25,237 nt of DNA from a virus (IMGVR_UViG_3300020469_000242:1-25237); one strand, 5' to 3'. Counted from the first letter of the stretch, positions 8,501 to 16,330 are shown. Notes: generated by a model not told the origin, from the letters alone. Numbers and translations: made by a program.

Positions 8501-10384
8501 ACTTGTTGTTTTTATTGGAATTTGAGATTTTTCGTATATTGATGGATAACTTTGTTGAAGAGAAACGTTATTCCATTTTTCTTCCTGCATACCATATTCA
8601 AAATCTGTTTGGTCAATAGTTGTTGCTTGAGATATTCTAGCTTTTCCTACAATATCTTGCCCTATACCACTAGGAGTTGTAAATAGTACCGATTCATTAT
8701 TTTCAGTATTTTCTACAAAAATTTGCAATTGATCAGTAGCAGTTTGTGAGTTTGTGTTATAATTTAATTCTAGTTTAGTAATTGTACTAGAATTTTCAAC
8801 AAAGGTTGGAAAATCAATATCTGTTAATGGTGTAGTTTTTGATACTTTTCCACCTGTTTGATTATTTGTAAAATTATAAATTACACTATTGTCTTTTAAA
8901 TTTGTTATTATTAAAAAATCTGAAATATTGTAATCAATAGGTAATTTTACATACCCTACTCCGTCAAGTATTAATGTAGGTGCATTATCTAAACCTTTAA
9001 AAACTGTATCAACTATATTTTGAACGTATCCGGAAAAAATACTGGCTGCGTCTGATTCAGCTGTATAATTAGTGTCAATAGTTTGACTAACAGTACCAGT
9101 GTGACTATAAGCAGTGTTTGTAAAAATATTATTAACGACAGTTTCTCCTATCCAACTGTATACATCACTTTCTGGCACCCTGTTACCTACAACTTGTGAT
9201 ATTGATGCGTCCCAGTACTTTTGTACAAAATTTATTAAAGACTCATTACCGCCATATCTAAAATTAAATTCTAATGTGTCAAGTGCTGTGTCTATTTTAT
9301 TATTGATTTCTGTATTTGTGTAGCTATAATCTGTTAACCAAGTTTCTGTATCAAGTATATTTGTCCTGTTGTTATTGATTGTAGTATTTGCATTCTGCAA
9401 CTCTGTGTCAGCCCACAATGATATCGTAGGAGTTGTTCTGGTTAAGTTATTTAATGCTGTTGTAGCTGCACTTAAATTTGTAGCTGAAATAATATCTTTA
9501 ATATAATCTACTAATGTTACCAAATAAGAACTTATAACTTCACTTGTAGCTGCAGAACTTGTATCTTGAGTTGCTGAGTGTCCAGATGTTACTGTAATTG
9601 ACACACCTTTTACTATGTCATCAATTATATTCGAAAATCTTGTAAAGGCAGCTATAGCTGATGTTCTATGTATTGGTAAGATGTTAGAACTTCCAGTGTC
9701 AAAATTATAAAAACAATATTTTGCTAAGTCAAATGTTGCACTGTTAACACCAGACGATCCGCCATACAGCACGTCATAAGCAAGTGCATTTATAACAAAT
9801 TTTATATCTCTTTTGCAACCTACATCATCATGTTGGTCGTTAGGATTATTTGCAGTGATATACGCATTAATTTCTTCTGCAATGAAATTTTTATTTGCTA
9901 TTAATTGATCTTTGGCTGCAATATTCACAGCAGGTGCTGAATTAGGATTTGTGAAACTAATAGAATCGTTATCATCTTTACCATTTAATATTGTGGATGA
10001 TAATGATGTAAAATATGTATTAATTCTAGATGTTGCTATTGAACTAGTTGATACATCTGATAAAGTTAAAATTTTATTTTTAATTCTAGTATTATTTCTT
10101 CCCATAGTGGTATTATGTGCAATTAGATAATTCCTTGTATTTTTGAAAAATACAGCGTTGTAAGTTGTATCTAAAGCAACATCAAAAGCAGCACCATCTA
10201 TAATTAAACCAACATCTCTTCTATTAATTTCTGCATCTGCAATTTGTGTATTTAAATATTCTTTGTATTCAGAAAGTAAAAAATTTTTATTTTTTGTTAG
10301 TAAATTCCAAGCATTTGGATACAGGTTATCTAATAATCCAATTCCTGGTTTAAAAACATAATTATGAATTTGAGTTTTTGCCAT
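2561..10384 (-). CDS. Very large virion structural protein (tail fibre/baseplate-associated), 2607 aa
   Basis: Uninterrupted Thr/Ser/Gly/Asn-rich ORF with N-terminal helical repeats, five tandem beta-rich repeats and three 'H.L..G..(V/I)' small beta domains; located in a tail gene block. Confidence 0.8.
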   Translation of the reverse strand: MAKTQIHNYVFKPGIGLLDNLYPNAWNLLTKNKNFLLSEYKEYLNTQIADAEINRRDVGLIIDGAAFDVALDTTYNAVFFKNTRNYLIAHNTTMGRNNTRIKNKILTLSDVSTSSIATSRINTYFTSLSSTILNGKDDNDSISFTNPNSAPAVNIAAKDQLIANKNFIAEEINAYITANNPNDQHDDVGCKRDIKFVINALAYDVLYGGSSGVNSATFDLAKYCFYNFDTGSSNILPIHRTSAIAAFTRFSNIIDDIVKGVSITVTSGHSATQDTSSAATSEVISSYLVTLVDYIKDIISATNLSAATTALNNLTRTTPTISLWADTELQNANTTINNNRTNILDTETWLTDYSYTNTEINNKIDTALDTLEFNFRYGGNESLINFVQKYWDASISQVVGNRVPESDVYSWIGETVVNNIFTNTAYSHTGTVSQTIDTNYTAESDAASIFSGYVQNIVDTVFKGLDNAPTLILDGVGYVKLPIDYNISDFLIITNLKDNSVIYNFTNNQTGGKVSKTTPLTDIDFPTFVENSSTITKLELNYNTNSQTATDQLQIFVENTENNESVLFTTPSGIGQDIVGKARISQATTIDQTDFEYGMQEEKWNNVSLQQSYPSIYEKSQIPIKTTSITTDVSINSDKIGSSLITVNTLKPHNLIVGDAVNVNYLTNTITNTGAAEGTFIINSVPSTTSFTYYAKNKVGNDTEAANTNNYSADFTVVSDSGFLYVNGQTQWNRTIIAGTPTVYNTQIRYNGVVIVDTNDDTFFQQGFYQLGNDRYLFGTVTASAFETTSHQVKKQVLYSYLNIAVPQTIVKKSDFFTGGNLENMTIAVDSVGAETTSTSSLITPIGNRHYPFTGTTPTLGAPANVYYATNQLSATITTTSGNAIITTTDTSNFSVGAQVSATGIASNSIVKIIGTTGPNYSITLSKNATASGSSVSATITPKTVIGQVTSLQTTGSSGGIYVNPVLTNDAAIGNTKLTFSDTSGIITDLALDRGDGKAIFVQSIDGNDVNLSAPITTALTGNQVTYTNIKGTNVQHNGIGAIFNVAASGTSYTITISTAGQDYAIGDRLKILGTTIGGLSPANDLFIIIDTINGSGGITAATPSGTPFNGSATISEVSGIVNGGSGTSATFDVTYLDNVYTNVVVNQNGSGYTVNDKLVIVGNSFTGGVTYTNDLVITVTGVDGSGAITTITSTGVAPNSSVSFTNPAFTTSGSGTASSFVVQNIAGVYSVSFTTTNNFNVADTIIIQGSNLGGQNTTNNLTISVSTVDATGAILTFSTLGSGINGTTVTGKAGNNLTGTGSKFTVSMNAGSYTNPIVTNTGSNFAVGQAIKILGTSLMGSTPANDLLLTVNSVNSSRQLTGVSVQSGTAITAITSYNTVATINDTITGTGAKFSITRTATAYSAIAERSGQNYAVGNKIKINGAHLGGSSTTHDLILRVISITAGGDIVLNSTAALHQTYSAVATGSTLNFLSTFTTSQSLITELPTSSTINFDKLTSFIGTTETPHGLVPGNSIVNFSKSHTSSNKHDLSTLTTNIHSVPTDKTFKYFARTTGTVDESLTFPDQTTTRYNNTTDFYKESVVNFGGSTTNQIEIKWDGQTILLVNQLQNTTVYNGVINNNYEYTLNGIKYKRGSSQVTGANLTEYQVQQIVPVKSFGDPINGRLFVKNNSTFSHIPQSSSVAISTGGPEYGAQAIRQTKDYFKYQPGKSMFFNTAVLFAPNYSVRNITSEATSIDSIITVTVDNRMHGLQKGCTVRISGISAEGYDSGPDTGVDNESDYKVIEIIDDTTFTIKAIRPLSSTTPIIDSTTKITVVKWDGASVRTGIYTDQDGVFWEYDGDKLVTTLRSSTNPLTGSVNINKKTSTVTGTNTKFTDQLCAGDSVVIKGMTHTVSAVSSDTEFSVSPQWRGINDLVDEKIYKIVDHRVTQNNFNIDKLDGTGPSGYNVDISQIQMIAVQYSWNGGGSVEYLIQGVDGTYITVHRTRNANIKNQVYMRTANLPVRYESINIGPRSKLTSAITNSATSVVVNNSADFPSTGVLLIDNELIEYRSNNTTTNTLGNCVRAAKLKYYHAGSLRAYTGSTASAHTAKTGVRFVSQTAHPILNHWTSNYQVDGDYEVNSNKFCYNITTQQIDASVDSNFMIRLAPSLSNNLVGDIGERNLVNYNKIKLDSIEVQVKDLYPTPEVITGTITATNSNGNITASVAHNLSINMPIKFSGVSPSATSMGGIQADGTVYYVKRIVNSTEFRLGASATATTEITLTTDTTDFINFETVPDLPGSIVIEGMLNPTNYPEVDSKISWTNLNGVAEGSQKSVSQIAFAQNIDWRNNLTTASTVTVVTAAATLTTGAGSAGFVYTTAQSTKNSPIAIASSQIRSLGPVPVGAKIISQNPDAFSNTTTEFYVKYITSDSDNTYLHYESIDPANNRGLSKQLLDHTSTPATTFKFEYDNYIGTRTNKLLFLKTAWDTGTRKIGDKISQTDSNWPIGTIITNVQLLKLKNIEFYEVTFNQDSIQNIAADTSIIFETGTATYAKGGETIFKGTTIPGEKLHLDLSGCKPLFNSPIGSNRTYPDGPDILVINTNKQLESNRFQTSRKEVIANITLNWKEI
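6035..7270 (-). repeat. Five tandem ~85-90 aa protein repeats in the 2607-aa protein
   Basis: Each unit reads G.G(A/S).F.V......Y......G..(Y/F).(V/I)G..(I/L).I.G..(L/I)GG....NDL...V, e.g. GQDYAIGDRLKILGTTIGGLSPANDL and GSNFAVGQAIKILGTSLMGSTPANDL. Boundaries approximate. Confidence 0.85.
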
Positions 10385-11290
10385 TTATATTCCAAATGTT
10401 ATTGCATAAGACAATGCAGTATTATCTACATAGGTCTTGTTAGTCACGCTTGTAACATCAGTACCAGTATTTGATACTTTTGCACTAGAAAAAGTTGCAG
10501 TGCTAGGATTTGAATTTCCTATTATAGTATTGTCAATAGTAGAATTGGTTATTGTTGCATTCTGTATTGTAGTACTCACAACAGGAATATTAGAACCATT
10601 ACTGTTTATAGTACCTATTGTTAAAGAATTAATTTCAAAATCAATATCTGTATTTGAATTTACACTTAATTTGTTTAAGGATGTGATCTTAACTTCTTGA
10701 GTTGAATCAAAATTTAAATTTTTCTGTAAAAAAACGTTGCCTTTTATTCCTACTCCGCCGTTTACTGTTAATACACCATTACTAGAACTAGTTGCATCTG
10801 CTGAACCAGAAATATTTACTGTACTCAATAAACCTGTTGGATCTACTACAGTAATTGCACCAAATTGATTTCCAGTTTGATCTGTATAATACAAAATTGT
10901 GTGAGTGTATGATTCTGGTATTGTTATGGTAATTGTACCTTTGGTTTTTCCGTGTACATTGATACCACTTGAATTGTCACTATGAGTAATGCTTTTTGAA
11001 TAAAGGGTTGTTTGATCTTGTTCGTATATATAGAACTGTGTTAAATCTAAAGCTAAACTTATATTGTATGATCTTCCTTTGATCATTGTGATAGCTGGAT
11101 ATGTACCTGATAATCCCGTGATAACTAATGCTCCAGTAGAATCGTCAGTAACTGCAAAATCTATAGTATCTGGAGTAGTTTCTCTAAAAACAATACTGTT
11201 AGCAACAATATTTCCACTCTTATCAACTGTAAAACTAGGACTACTAAATCCAAAATCAGATTGTAAAGGATGTTGAGAGGCTTTATTCAT
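10385..11290 (-). CDS. Virion structural/short fibre protein, 301 aa
   Basis: Fibre-type motifs ATSSSNGVLTVNGGVGIKGNV, IDNTIIG and VTNKTYVD. Its stop codon abuts the next ATG (GGA ATA TAA ATG). Confidence 0.7.
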   Translation of the reverse strand: MNKASQHPLQSDFGFSSPSFTVDKSGNIVANSIVFRETTPDTIDFAVTDDSTGALVITGLSGTYPAITMIKGRSYNISLALDLTQFYIYEQDQTTLYSKSITHSDNSSGINVHGKTKGTITITIPESYTHTILYYTDQTGNQFGAITVVDPTGLLSTVNISGSADATSSSNGVLTVNGGVGIKGNVFLQKNLNFDSTQEVKITSLNKLSVNSNTDIDFEINSLTIGTINSNGSNIPVVSTTIQNATITNSTIDNTIIGNSNPSTATFSSAKVSNTGTDVTSVTNKTYVDNTALSYAITFGI

Positions 11291-11307
11291 ATATCTTCCA
11301 ATTTTAA

Positions 11308-11316
11308 GTATTTAGC
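11308..11316 (-). promoter_or_regulatory. Putative late promoter GCTAAATAC
   Basis: TAAATA core (cf. T4 late promoter TATAAATA) in the intergenic gap, 18 nt upstream of the ATG at 11290, with GGAAG in between. Confidence 0.6.
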
Positions 11317-11321
11317 TGATT

Positions 11322-11726
11322 TTAAAAACCAAGGGGATTTTGATTTTCAAAATAATTGACAGTATAAATAAATTTGGCAGACTGAACTTGAGGAACTTTC
11401 GGAAGGATAAAAATATCTACATATGATTTATTAACATGTGCTTCTATATCAACTAACTCACGTCCAACTGAAGATCTTGCATAAACAGTAACATTAGCTT
11501 TGTCTACAGTAGCAGCAATTAAGCATTTTAAAATTTCTTTATTTTGAGTATTGTAATCAACACTAATAGTATATTCAGCTGCACTTATTTCTCCAACAAA
11601 CCATTTATCAAAGGTTGCACCAGTAGACACCTGTGCCCAAGGTCCTCTGTGAGAAAATCCTGCATTGTTCCTGATTAATACGGTTTTATTTAGACCGAGA
11701 TCAAAAAATTGTCTATAATCAAACAT
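11322..11726 (-). CDS. Hypothetical protein, probably virion-associated (134 aa if the start is the ATG at 11726)
   Basis: The ORF-track start at 11744 is a TTG inside the upstream gene. An in-frame ATG at 11726 follows the upstream stop and a TAAATA motif. Beta-rich sequence with no recognised motif. Confidence 0.7.
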   Translation of the reverse strand: MFDYRQFFDLGLNKTVLIRNNAGFSHRGPWAQVSTGATFDKWFVGEISAAEYTISVDYNTQNKEILKCLIAATVDKANVTVYARSSVGRELVDIEAHVNKSYVDIFILPKVPQVQSAKFIYTVNYFENQNPLGF

Positions 11727-11729
11727 ACT

Positions 11730-11737
11730 GTATTTAT
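11730..11737 (-). promoter_or_regulatory. Putative late promoter ATAAATAC, directly upstream of an ATG
   Basis: Minus strand reads TGA-TAAATA-CAGT-ATG. Confidence 0.5.
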
Positions 11738-13545
11738 CATTCAATATTTTTCATAGTTACTAATAATTTAGTTTCTGGAAGGTATAGATATTCGATATTG
11801 CTTTTTAATAAAGTATCAAAGGCATCTTCTAAAGTTTCAACTAACGGTTGACCTCCAAGATTAAAGCTTGTGTTAAATATGATAGGGATATTTGTTTGTT
11901 TTTTGAATTCTTTTATTAGTTCATAATAATTTGTATTTTGTAATTCATTAACAGTTTGTATCCTACAAGTTCCGTCAACATGAATTATACTTGGTATTTT
12001 ATCTTGTACTCCATCTTTGCAATTAACCGCATACATCATAGTAGGAGATGAATCCATTTCACGTAAATCAAACCATTCGTGCACATCTTCTTCTAAGATT
12101 GTTCCTGCGAACGGTCTAAAATATTCTCGTTTTTTTATTTTGTTAACAACATCTTTACCATCTACGACTCTAGGATCAAAAAGCAAACTTCTATTACCAA
12201 GTGCCCTGGGACCATTTTCAGATCGGCCTTGGAATATAGCTACAATATTTTTTTCGGTAATTAAATCTACTACTTTTTCATTATCTGTATCTGTCCATTC
12301 AGCGTTATAATTTTTTGTAAGATTTATGATATCTTCTTTTGAGTAAGCATACTGAGGACCTAAATATACTGTTGTTGCTTGTTTTTCTATATTTCTATCT
12401 TTGCTAGTTTTTCTGTATTGAATATATGCAGCACCCATTGCAGTTCCAGCATCATTAGATATCGGTTCAACATATAATTTAATTCCTTTTTTATTTAATG
12501 TAGATAAAAAATGATAGTTTGCTACACAATTTAAACCATAACCTCCCGAAAGCACTACATTTTTGTTTTGTGTTTTTTCTACTGCAAACAAAATTAAATC
12601 CAGTACTCTATCTTGTGTTTCTTTTTGCACTGCATAAGCAAGATCTCTCCTACTATTATAAGACGTGAAGTCTGTATTATCATCAAGATTTTCTATATCA
12701 TCTAAAGTCGAATACATTTGATAGTTTATCCTGCACCCGTGTGGATATGTTGGCGTAAAAATGTCTCTGTTGCTCTTCCAACCTATAGAATTTTTACTAA
12801 ACAGTGGAGGAATATTTGTATTAGTATTGCCATATGGAAAAAGACCCATTGTTTTTCCAGCTTCAATACTAGAAAACCCACAAAATTCTGTTACACCTTC
12901 ATATGTCTTTACTATTCCTGCAGATTCAGTGACAACACAATCGAATTTATTTCCAGTATCAGGATCAACGGCTGTTATCTCCATATTTGGCATTGGTCCA
13001 TTTGTTCCTATATGTTTATAGATTGTGTCAAAATATGCAGGATAGCTACAATCAAATATTGTTTCTGTTTCCCAACCCCATATTTGTGTTTGTGGTTGAG
13101 ATTCAGATTGTAAAGGAAAAATTGTTCCTGCGCCATCTACAATTACTGCCGTTGCTGTTGTAAAACCACTTCTGTAAAAAGCGCAAGCAGCATGTAGTTT
13201 ATGATGCACATATGATAAATCTATAACCTGTGGATGCTGAAAATTGTTTTCGTTCCTAGATATTAATCCTAATTTTCTAGCTGTTGCAGTGTAAATATCA
13301 TCACCAGAATAGTCTATTTTGTTTGGATCGGTTGCTAAAGGCGAAGTATGGGCTACAACTAGATAATCAATCTTATCGGTATAATCTAATATTTTAACCA
13401 TACTTGCAATAGGACCACCATCGTATTTTTGTCTAGATAGTCTTTCTTCTTCGATACTAAACACAATCTCGCCATCTTTAAGTAAGCATACTCCGGCATT
13501 GTGACCTCGAGCTATACCTGCGATGTATCCTGTTCTAAGCGTCAT
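11737..13545 (-). CDS. O-carbamoyltransferase, NodU/CmcH/TobZ family
   Basis: Kae1-like domain motifs EEERLSRQK, HHKLHA, IVDGAG, GKTMGL, LSGG.GLNCVAN, NDAGTAMGAA; YrdC-like domain motifs GPRALGNRS, KKREYFRPFA, HVDGTCRIQTV, NTSFN..GQPLV. Confidence 0.95.
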   Translation of the reverse strand: MTLRTGYIAGIARGHNAGVCLLKDGEIVFSIEEERLSRQKYDGGPIASMVKILDYTDKIDYLVVAHTSPLATDPNKIDYSGDDIYTATARKLGLISRNENNFQHPQVIDLSYVHHKLHAACAFYRSGFTTATAVIVDGAGTIFPLQSESQPQTQIWGWETETIFDCSYPAYFDTIYKHIGTNGPMPNMEITAVDPDTGNKFDCVVTESAGIVKTYEGVTEFCGFSSIEAGKTMGLFPYGNTNTNIPPLFSKNSIGWKSNRDIFTPTYPHGCRINYQMYSTLDDIENLDDNTDFTSYNSRRDLAYAVQKETQDRVLDLILFAVEKTQNKNVVLSGGYGLNCVANYHFLSTLNKKGIKLYVEPISNDAGTAMGAAYIQYRKTSKDRNIEKQATTVYLGPQYAYSKEDIINLTKNYNAEWTDTDNEKVVDLITEKNIVAIFQGRSENGPRALGNRSLLFDPRVVDGKDVVNKIKKREYFRPFAGTILEEDVHEWFDLREMDSSPTMMYAVNCKDGVQDKIPSIIHVDGTCRIQTVNELQNTNYYELIKEFKKQTNIPIIFNTSFNLGGQPLVETLEDAFDTLLKSNIEYLYLPETKLLVTMKNIE

Positions 13546-14482
13546 CTGGATCCTTTGGTTTTCTTAAAATTCTATCAATTACGTAATTATGTATCTCCTC
13601 ATTCATTGCCATTATATTTTCATTGTGTCTAGATGTTAGTTCATCTCCAATAATCCTGATTGGATCATATATTCGATCATGCATACCTAAATCTATAATT
13701 TCAAAATTTGTATTATCTGGATAAGATACATTAACAGGATATGTTGCTCCAATTATTACTGTACTTTCTGTACTCACTGTTTGAGCTAGATGTTGTCCAA
13801 CGCTATCACAGCCCAAAAAATGATCTGCAAATTTTATAATAGATGTCCAGACACGTAATGGTATATTTTCTGGCATTGCTACATCATTTTTAAATTTGTC
13901 ATTAGAAAAATCAAATTGCATTTCACTCATGCAGATAATTGCAAAATTTTCTTCTTGCAATCGACGTATTATTTTTTTGAAATCAGCAAAATCAAAACTC
14001 CTACCACTTGCATCGACAAAACTTTGATCAATATATTTTATTCCCCTACCAAAAGGTTGTATAACAATTACTTTTTCTTTGGTTAATTTATTTTTTACTT
14101 CATTAACTACTTGTCTGCCTGTTAATAATTCTTCTTTTGATAAAAATAATCTAGGACTTTTTAAGTCTCGGATACCTTTATTGTTAATCTGAATATCAAA
14201 TGCCTGTGACAAGCTACATTGTTGATTATAATATTCATATATCCTGTATGGCTCAGTGGTAATAATGTCTTTATTTTTAATTTTTTCTCGGAACAAATTT
14301 TTGTGCCAAGAGTCGTAAACATGATTATCTAGTACAGGATGCCCTTTGAATGCATCTGTTCCTCCCTCACATACGATTATAAAATCTTCATCGTCAGATT
14401 CTTCGTTATATAATTCAAATGCAGGAATCGCGCAGAGCATTCTTCCATATCCGCCATTTACAAAGAATGCTTTTGATCTCAT
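13535..14482 (-). CDS. GT-B glycosyltransferase, family 9 (ADP-heptose heptosyltransferase)-like
   Basis: N-terminal FFVNGGYGRMLCAIPAF aligns with WaaC-type SMGDVLHTLPAL; VIQPFG; C-terminal IIKFADHFLGCDSVGQHLA matches the GT9 'A...(I/L)G.D(S/T)G..HLA' motif. Overlaps the carbamoyltransferase start by 11 nt. Confidence 0.75.
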   Translation of the reverse strand: MRSKAFFVNGGYGRMLCAIPAFELYNEESDDEDFIIVCEGGTDAFKGHPVLDNHVYDSWHKNLFREKIKNKDIITTEPYRIYEYYNQQCSLSQAFDIQINNKGIRDLKSPRLFLSKEELLTGRQVVNEVKNKLTKEKVIVIQPFGRGIKYIDQSFVDASGRSFDFADFKKIIRRLQEENFAIICMSEMQFDFSNDKFKNDVAMPENIPLRVWTSIIKFADHFLGCDSVGQHLAQTVSTESTVIIGATYPVNVSYPDNTNFEIIDLGMHDRIYDPIRIIGDELTSRHNENIMAMNEEIHNYVIDRILRKPKDPDDA

Positions 14483-14483
14483 A

Positions 14484-14522
14484 TATTTCCTATTGTTGTA
14501 GAATATTTACCAATAGGAAATA
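14484..14522 (-). promoter_or_regulatory. RBS-sequestering hairpin with a late-promoter motif in its loop
   Basis: Perfect 12-bp inverted repeat (14484-14495 and 14511-14522). Minus strand reads TATTTCCTATTG-GTAAATATTCTACAA-CAATAGGAAATA-T-ATG. The 3' arm holds the AGGA SD; the loop holds TAAATA (14504-14509). Confidence 0.75.
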
Positions 14523-14541
14523 AGTTATTTTATGATTATGA

Positions 14542-15162
14542 TTAAATTCTAGGAGGGAGTGGCCAACTTACTTTATATTGTTCAATACCAGCATACACAG
14601 TAGGTGCTGACTCTAACCAATCGATATAATCTTGTATCTCTTGTTTTCTAGACTCAGATTGATCACTTAGATCAATTTCTTTATATCTAGCAAGTTGTGG
14701 CGCAAGACCTTCTGCACTAATAGGATTTGGATCATTGTGGGTCATCGGTACTGGAGTATCAAATGTGTCTGTAGCAGCATCATATTTGTATCCCGCGTAT
14801 CTAATGTATGTTTCGTCAATTACAGCATAATCATGATAATCGTAACTGTATACTTTTCCATCTGGCAGTGTTTGTTCAAAGTTTGGAAAATCTACACTGG
14901 TATAGTTACCTGTCAACCACGCAGCCCAAAAAGGATGTTTTGATGCATCAAGCGTAAAAAATGTAAACCTAGGATCAATAAATAAATTTAGATCCGGTGC
15001 AGTTTCAGACCGTCCTTCAACAGTTTGTATAACATTATCGGAATCTATACTTATAACAAGATATTTTTCTCCTTCATAAGTACCTGTGGTTTTCTTTCCT
15101 TCAGCAAACGTGTCTTTCCATGGTTCATCAGGTAATGGTATTTCAAAATCAACTGATATCAT
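14542..15162 (-). CDS. Acidic hypothetical protein, possible tail-fibre assembly chaperone
   Basis: AAGGA RBS. The C-terminus 'QEIQDYIDWLESAPTVY...KVSWPLPP' resembles the 'Y...L..(L/A)P......V.WP..P' ending of fibre assembly chaperones; it follows the Gly-rich fibre-like genes. Confidence 0.55.
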   Translation of the reverse strand: MISVDFEIPLPDEPWKDTFAEGKKTTGTYEGEKYLVISIDSDNVIQTVEGRSETAPDLNLFIDPRFTFFTLDASKHPFWAAWLTGNYTSVDFPNFEQTLPDGKVYSYDYHDYAVIDETYIRYAGYKYDAATDTFDTPVPMTHNDPNPISAEGLAPQLARYKEIDLSDQSESRKQEIQDYIDWLESAPTVYAGIEQYKVSWPLPPRI

Positions 15163-15217
15163 TTTTTTTCCTTAATTTTTTTATTCATTTTATTATATTA
15201 TATGCTATCATTAGAAG

Positions 15218-16330
15218 TTAATAGCGATTACATGTGTGACCAATGCCGCATGAGTTTCTTCCGCCAGTTGGAGTACAAAATCCTCCATTGCAAACATCCA
15301 TTACTCTTGGTGTAATTGTAGGATCAGCAATCCATTGTATACGTACCATGCCTTGACTACCTTTACCACCATGTGACCTAATATCTCCACATGGAGAATG
15401 GTCTCCCCAACCTCCCATACCGTGACTCATCCAGTTAGCAGAGCCTGTGGAATCATAACAACTACAATATGTAGCACTATTACAAGCTTGATCAAAAGCT
15501 TGACCCATTGTAGGATGTGCAAACATACCTGCTATATTTTGTGTAACACTTTTCCACCCATCACTAGCATTGGGATGCCAACTCTGACAGCCAATCTGAT
15601 AGCAGATGTTTTGAGGATTAGGTCCATAAACACCAGCTGATGATCTCATTATACCACTGAAACAGTTGAAATTTGCTACAGTAGCTACACAGTGGTTCAC
15701 ACATAAGCAACTTATTTCACCAGGACAATTAAAGTCACCTCCATATCCAGAAGGTATCCAGGAGTGATTAGTCCCGAAATTGCATATTATGCCACAGCCA
15801 CCAGATCCTCCATTATCAGTCACGCAAAATCCGCAATTTGAATATTGTGTTAATATACCGATATTACAACTACATGCATGATATCCTCCCATTGCTCCTT
15901 CAGCACATAAGCACAGACAACACTGAGCGTCACCAGATCCTGAAAACGTAGCATTAGGTGAACAGAAAAAAAGCTTTGTTGGTTCACTACAGCCACGAAA
16001 GCACAGAGTGCCATGATTTGTACATGCGTGTCCTAGCTGACAAATACACATATAGGAGTTTTCATCCATGCAAAGTGTTTTTTTGACATATGCAGGTGAA
16101 TTGCCTGGTAATCCTACAGAACAACAACAATTTCTACCACCTGAACCACCTGCTCCCCATACTTCTACAATGGCTTGACCTGTACCGGGAGAAAACCAAT
16201 GGGTGTTGAAGCAAAATCTTGTAGCCTCCTCGCACATTGTATGCCAAAAGTATATTTTTCCTCTTTCTAAATTTGTTTCTTCTGTACTGGAATTGCTATA
16301 TTTTTTTACAATGGTGCTTAAATTTGCCAT
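15218..16330 (-). CDS. Cys/Gly-rich fibre-tip/adhesin-like protein, paralog 3
   Basis: VEVWGAGGSGG...PGNSPAYVKKT...GMVRIQW glycine-rich domain framework; about 37 Cys in 370 aa (hand count). Confidence 0.75.
   Translation of the reverse strand: MANLSTIVKKYSNSSTEETNLERGKIYFWHTMCEEATRFCFNTHWFSPGTGQAIVEVWGAGGSGGRNCCCSVGLPGNSPAYVKKTLCMDENSYMCICQLGHACTNHGTLCFRGCSEPTKLFFCSPNATFSGSGDAQCCLCLCAEGAMGGYHACSCNIGILTQYSNCGFCVTDNGGSGGCGIICNFGTNHSWIPSGYGGDFNCPGEISCLCVNHCVATVANFNCFSGIMRSSAGVYGPNPQNICYQIGCQSWHPNASDGWKSVTQNIAGMFAHPTMGQAFDQACNSATYCSCYDSTGSANWMSHGMGGWGDHSPCGDIRSHGGKGSQGMVRIQWIADPTITPRVMDVCNGGFCTPTGGRNSCGIGHTCNRY

Noticed and set aside
15163-15217. AT-rich gap with overlapping TATAAT hexamers on the minus strand as a sigma70 promoter or terminator
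   Set aside because: No convincing -35 element and no GC stem; expected by chance at this composition.
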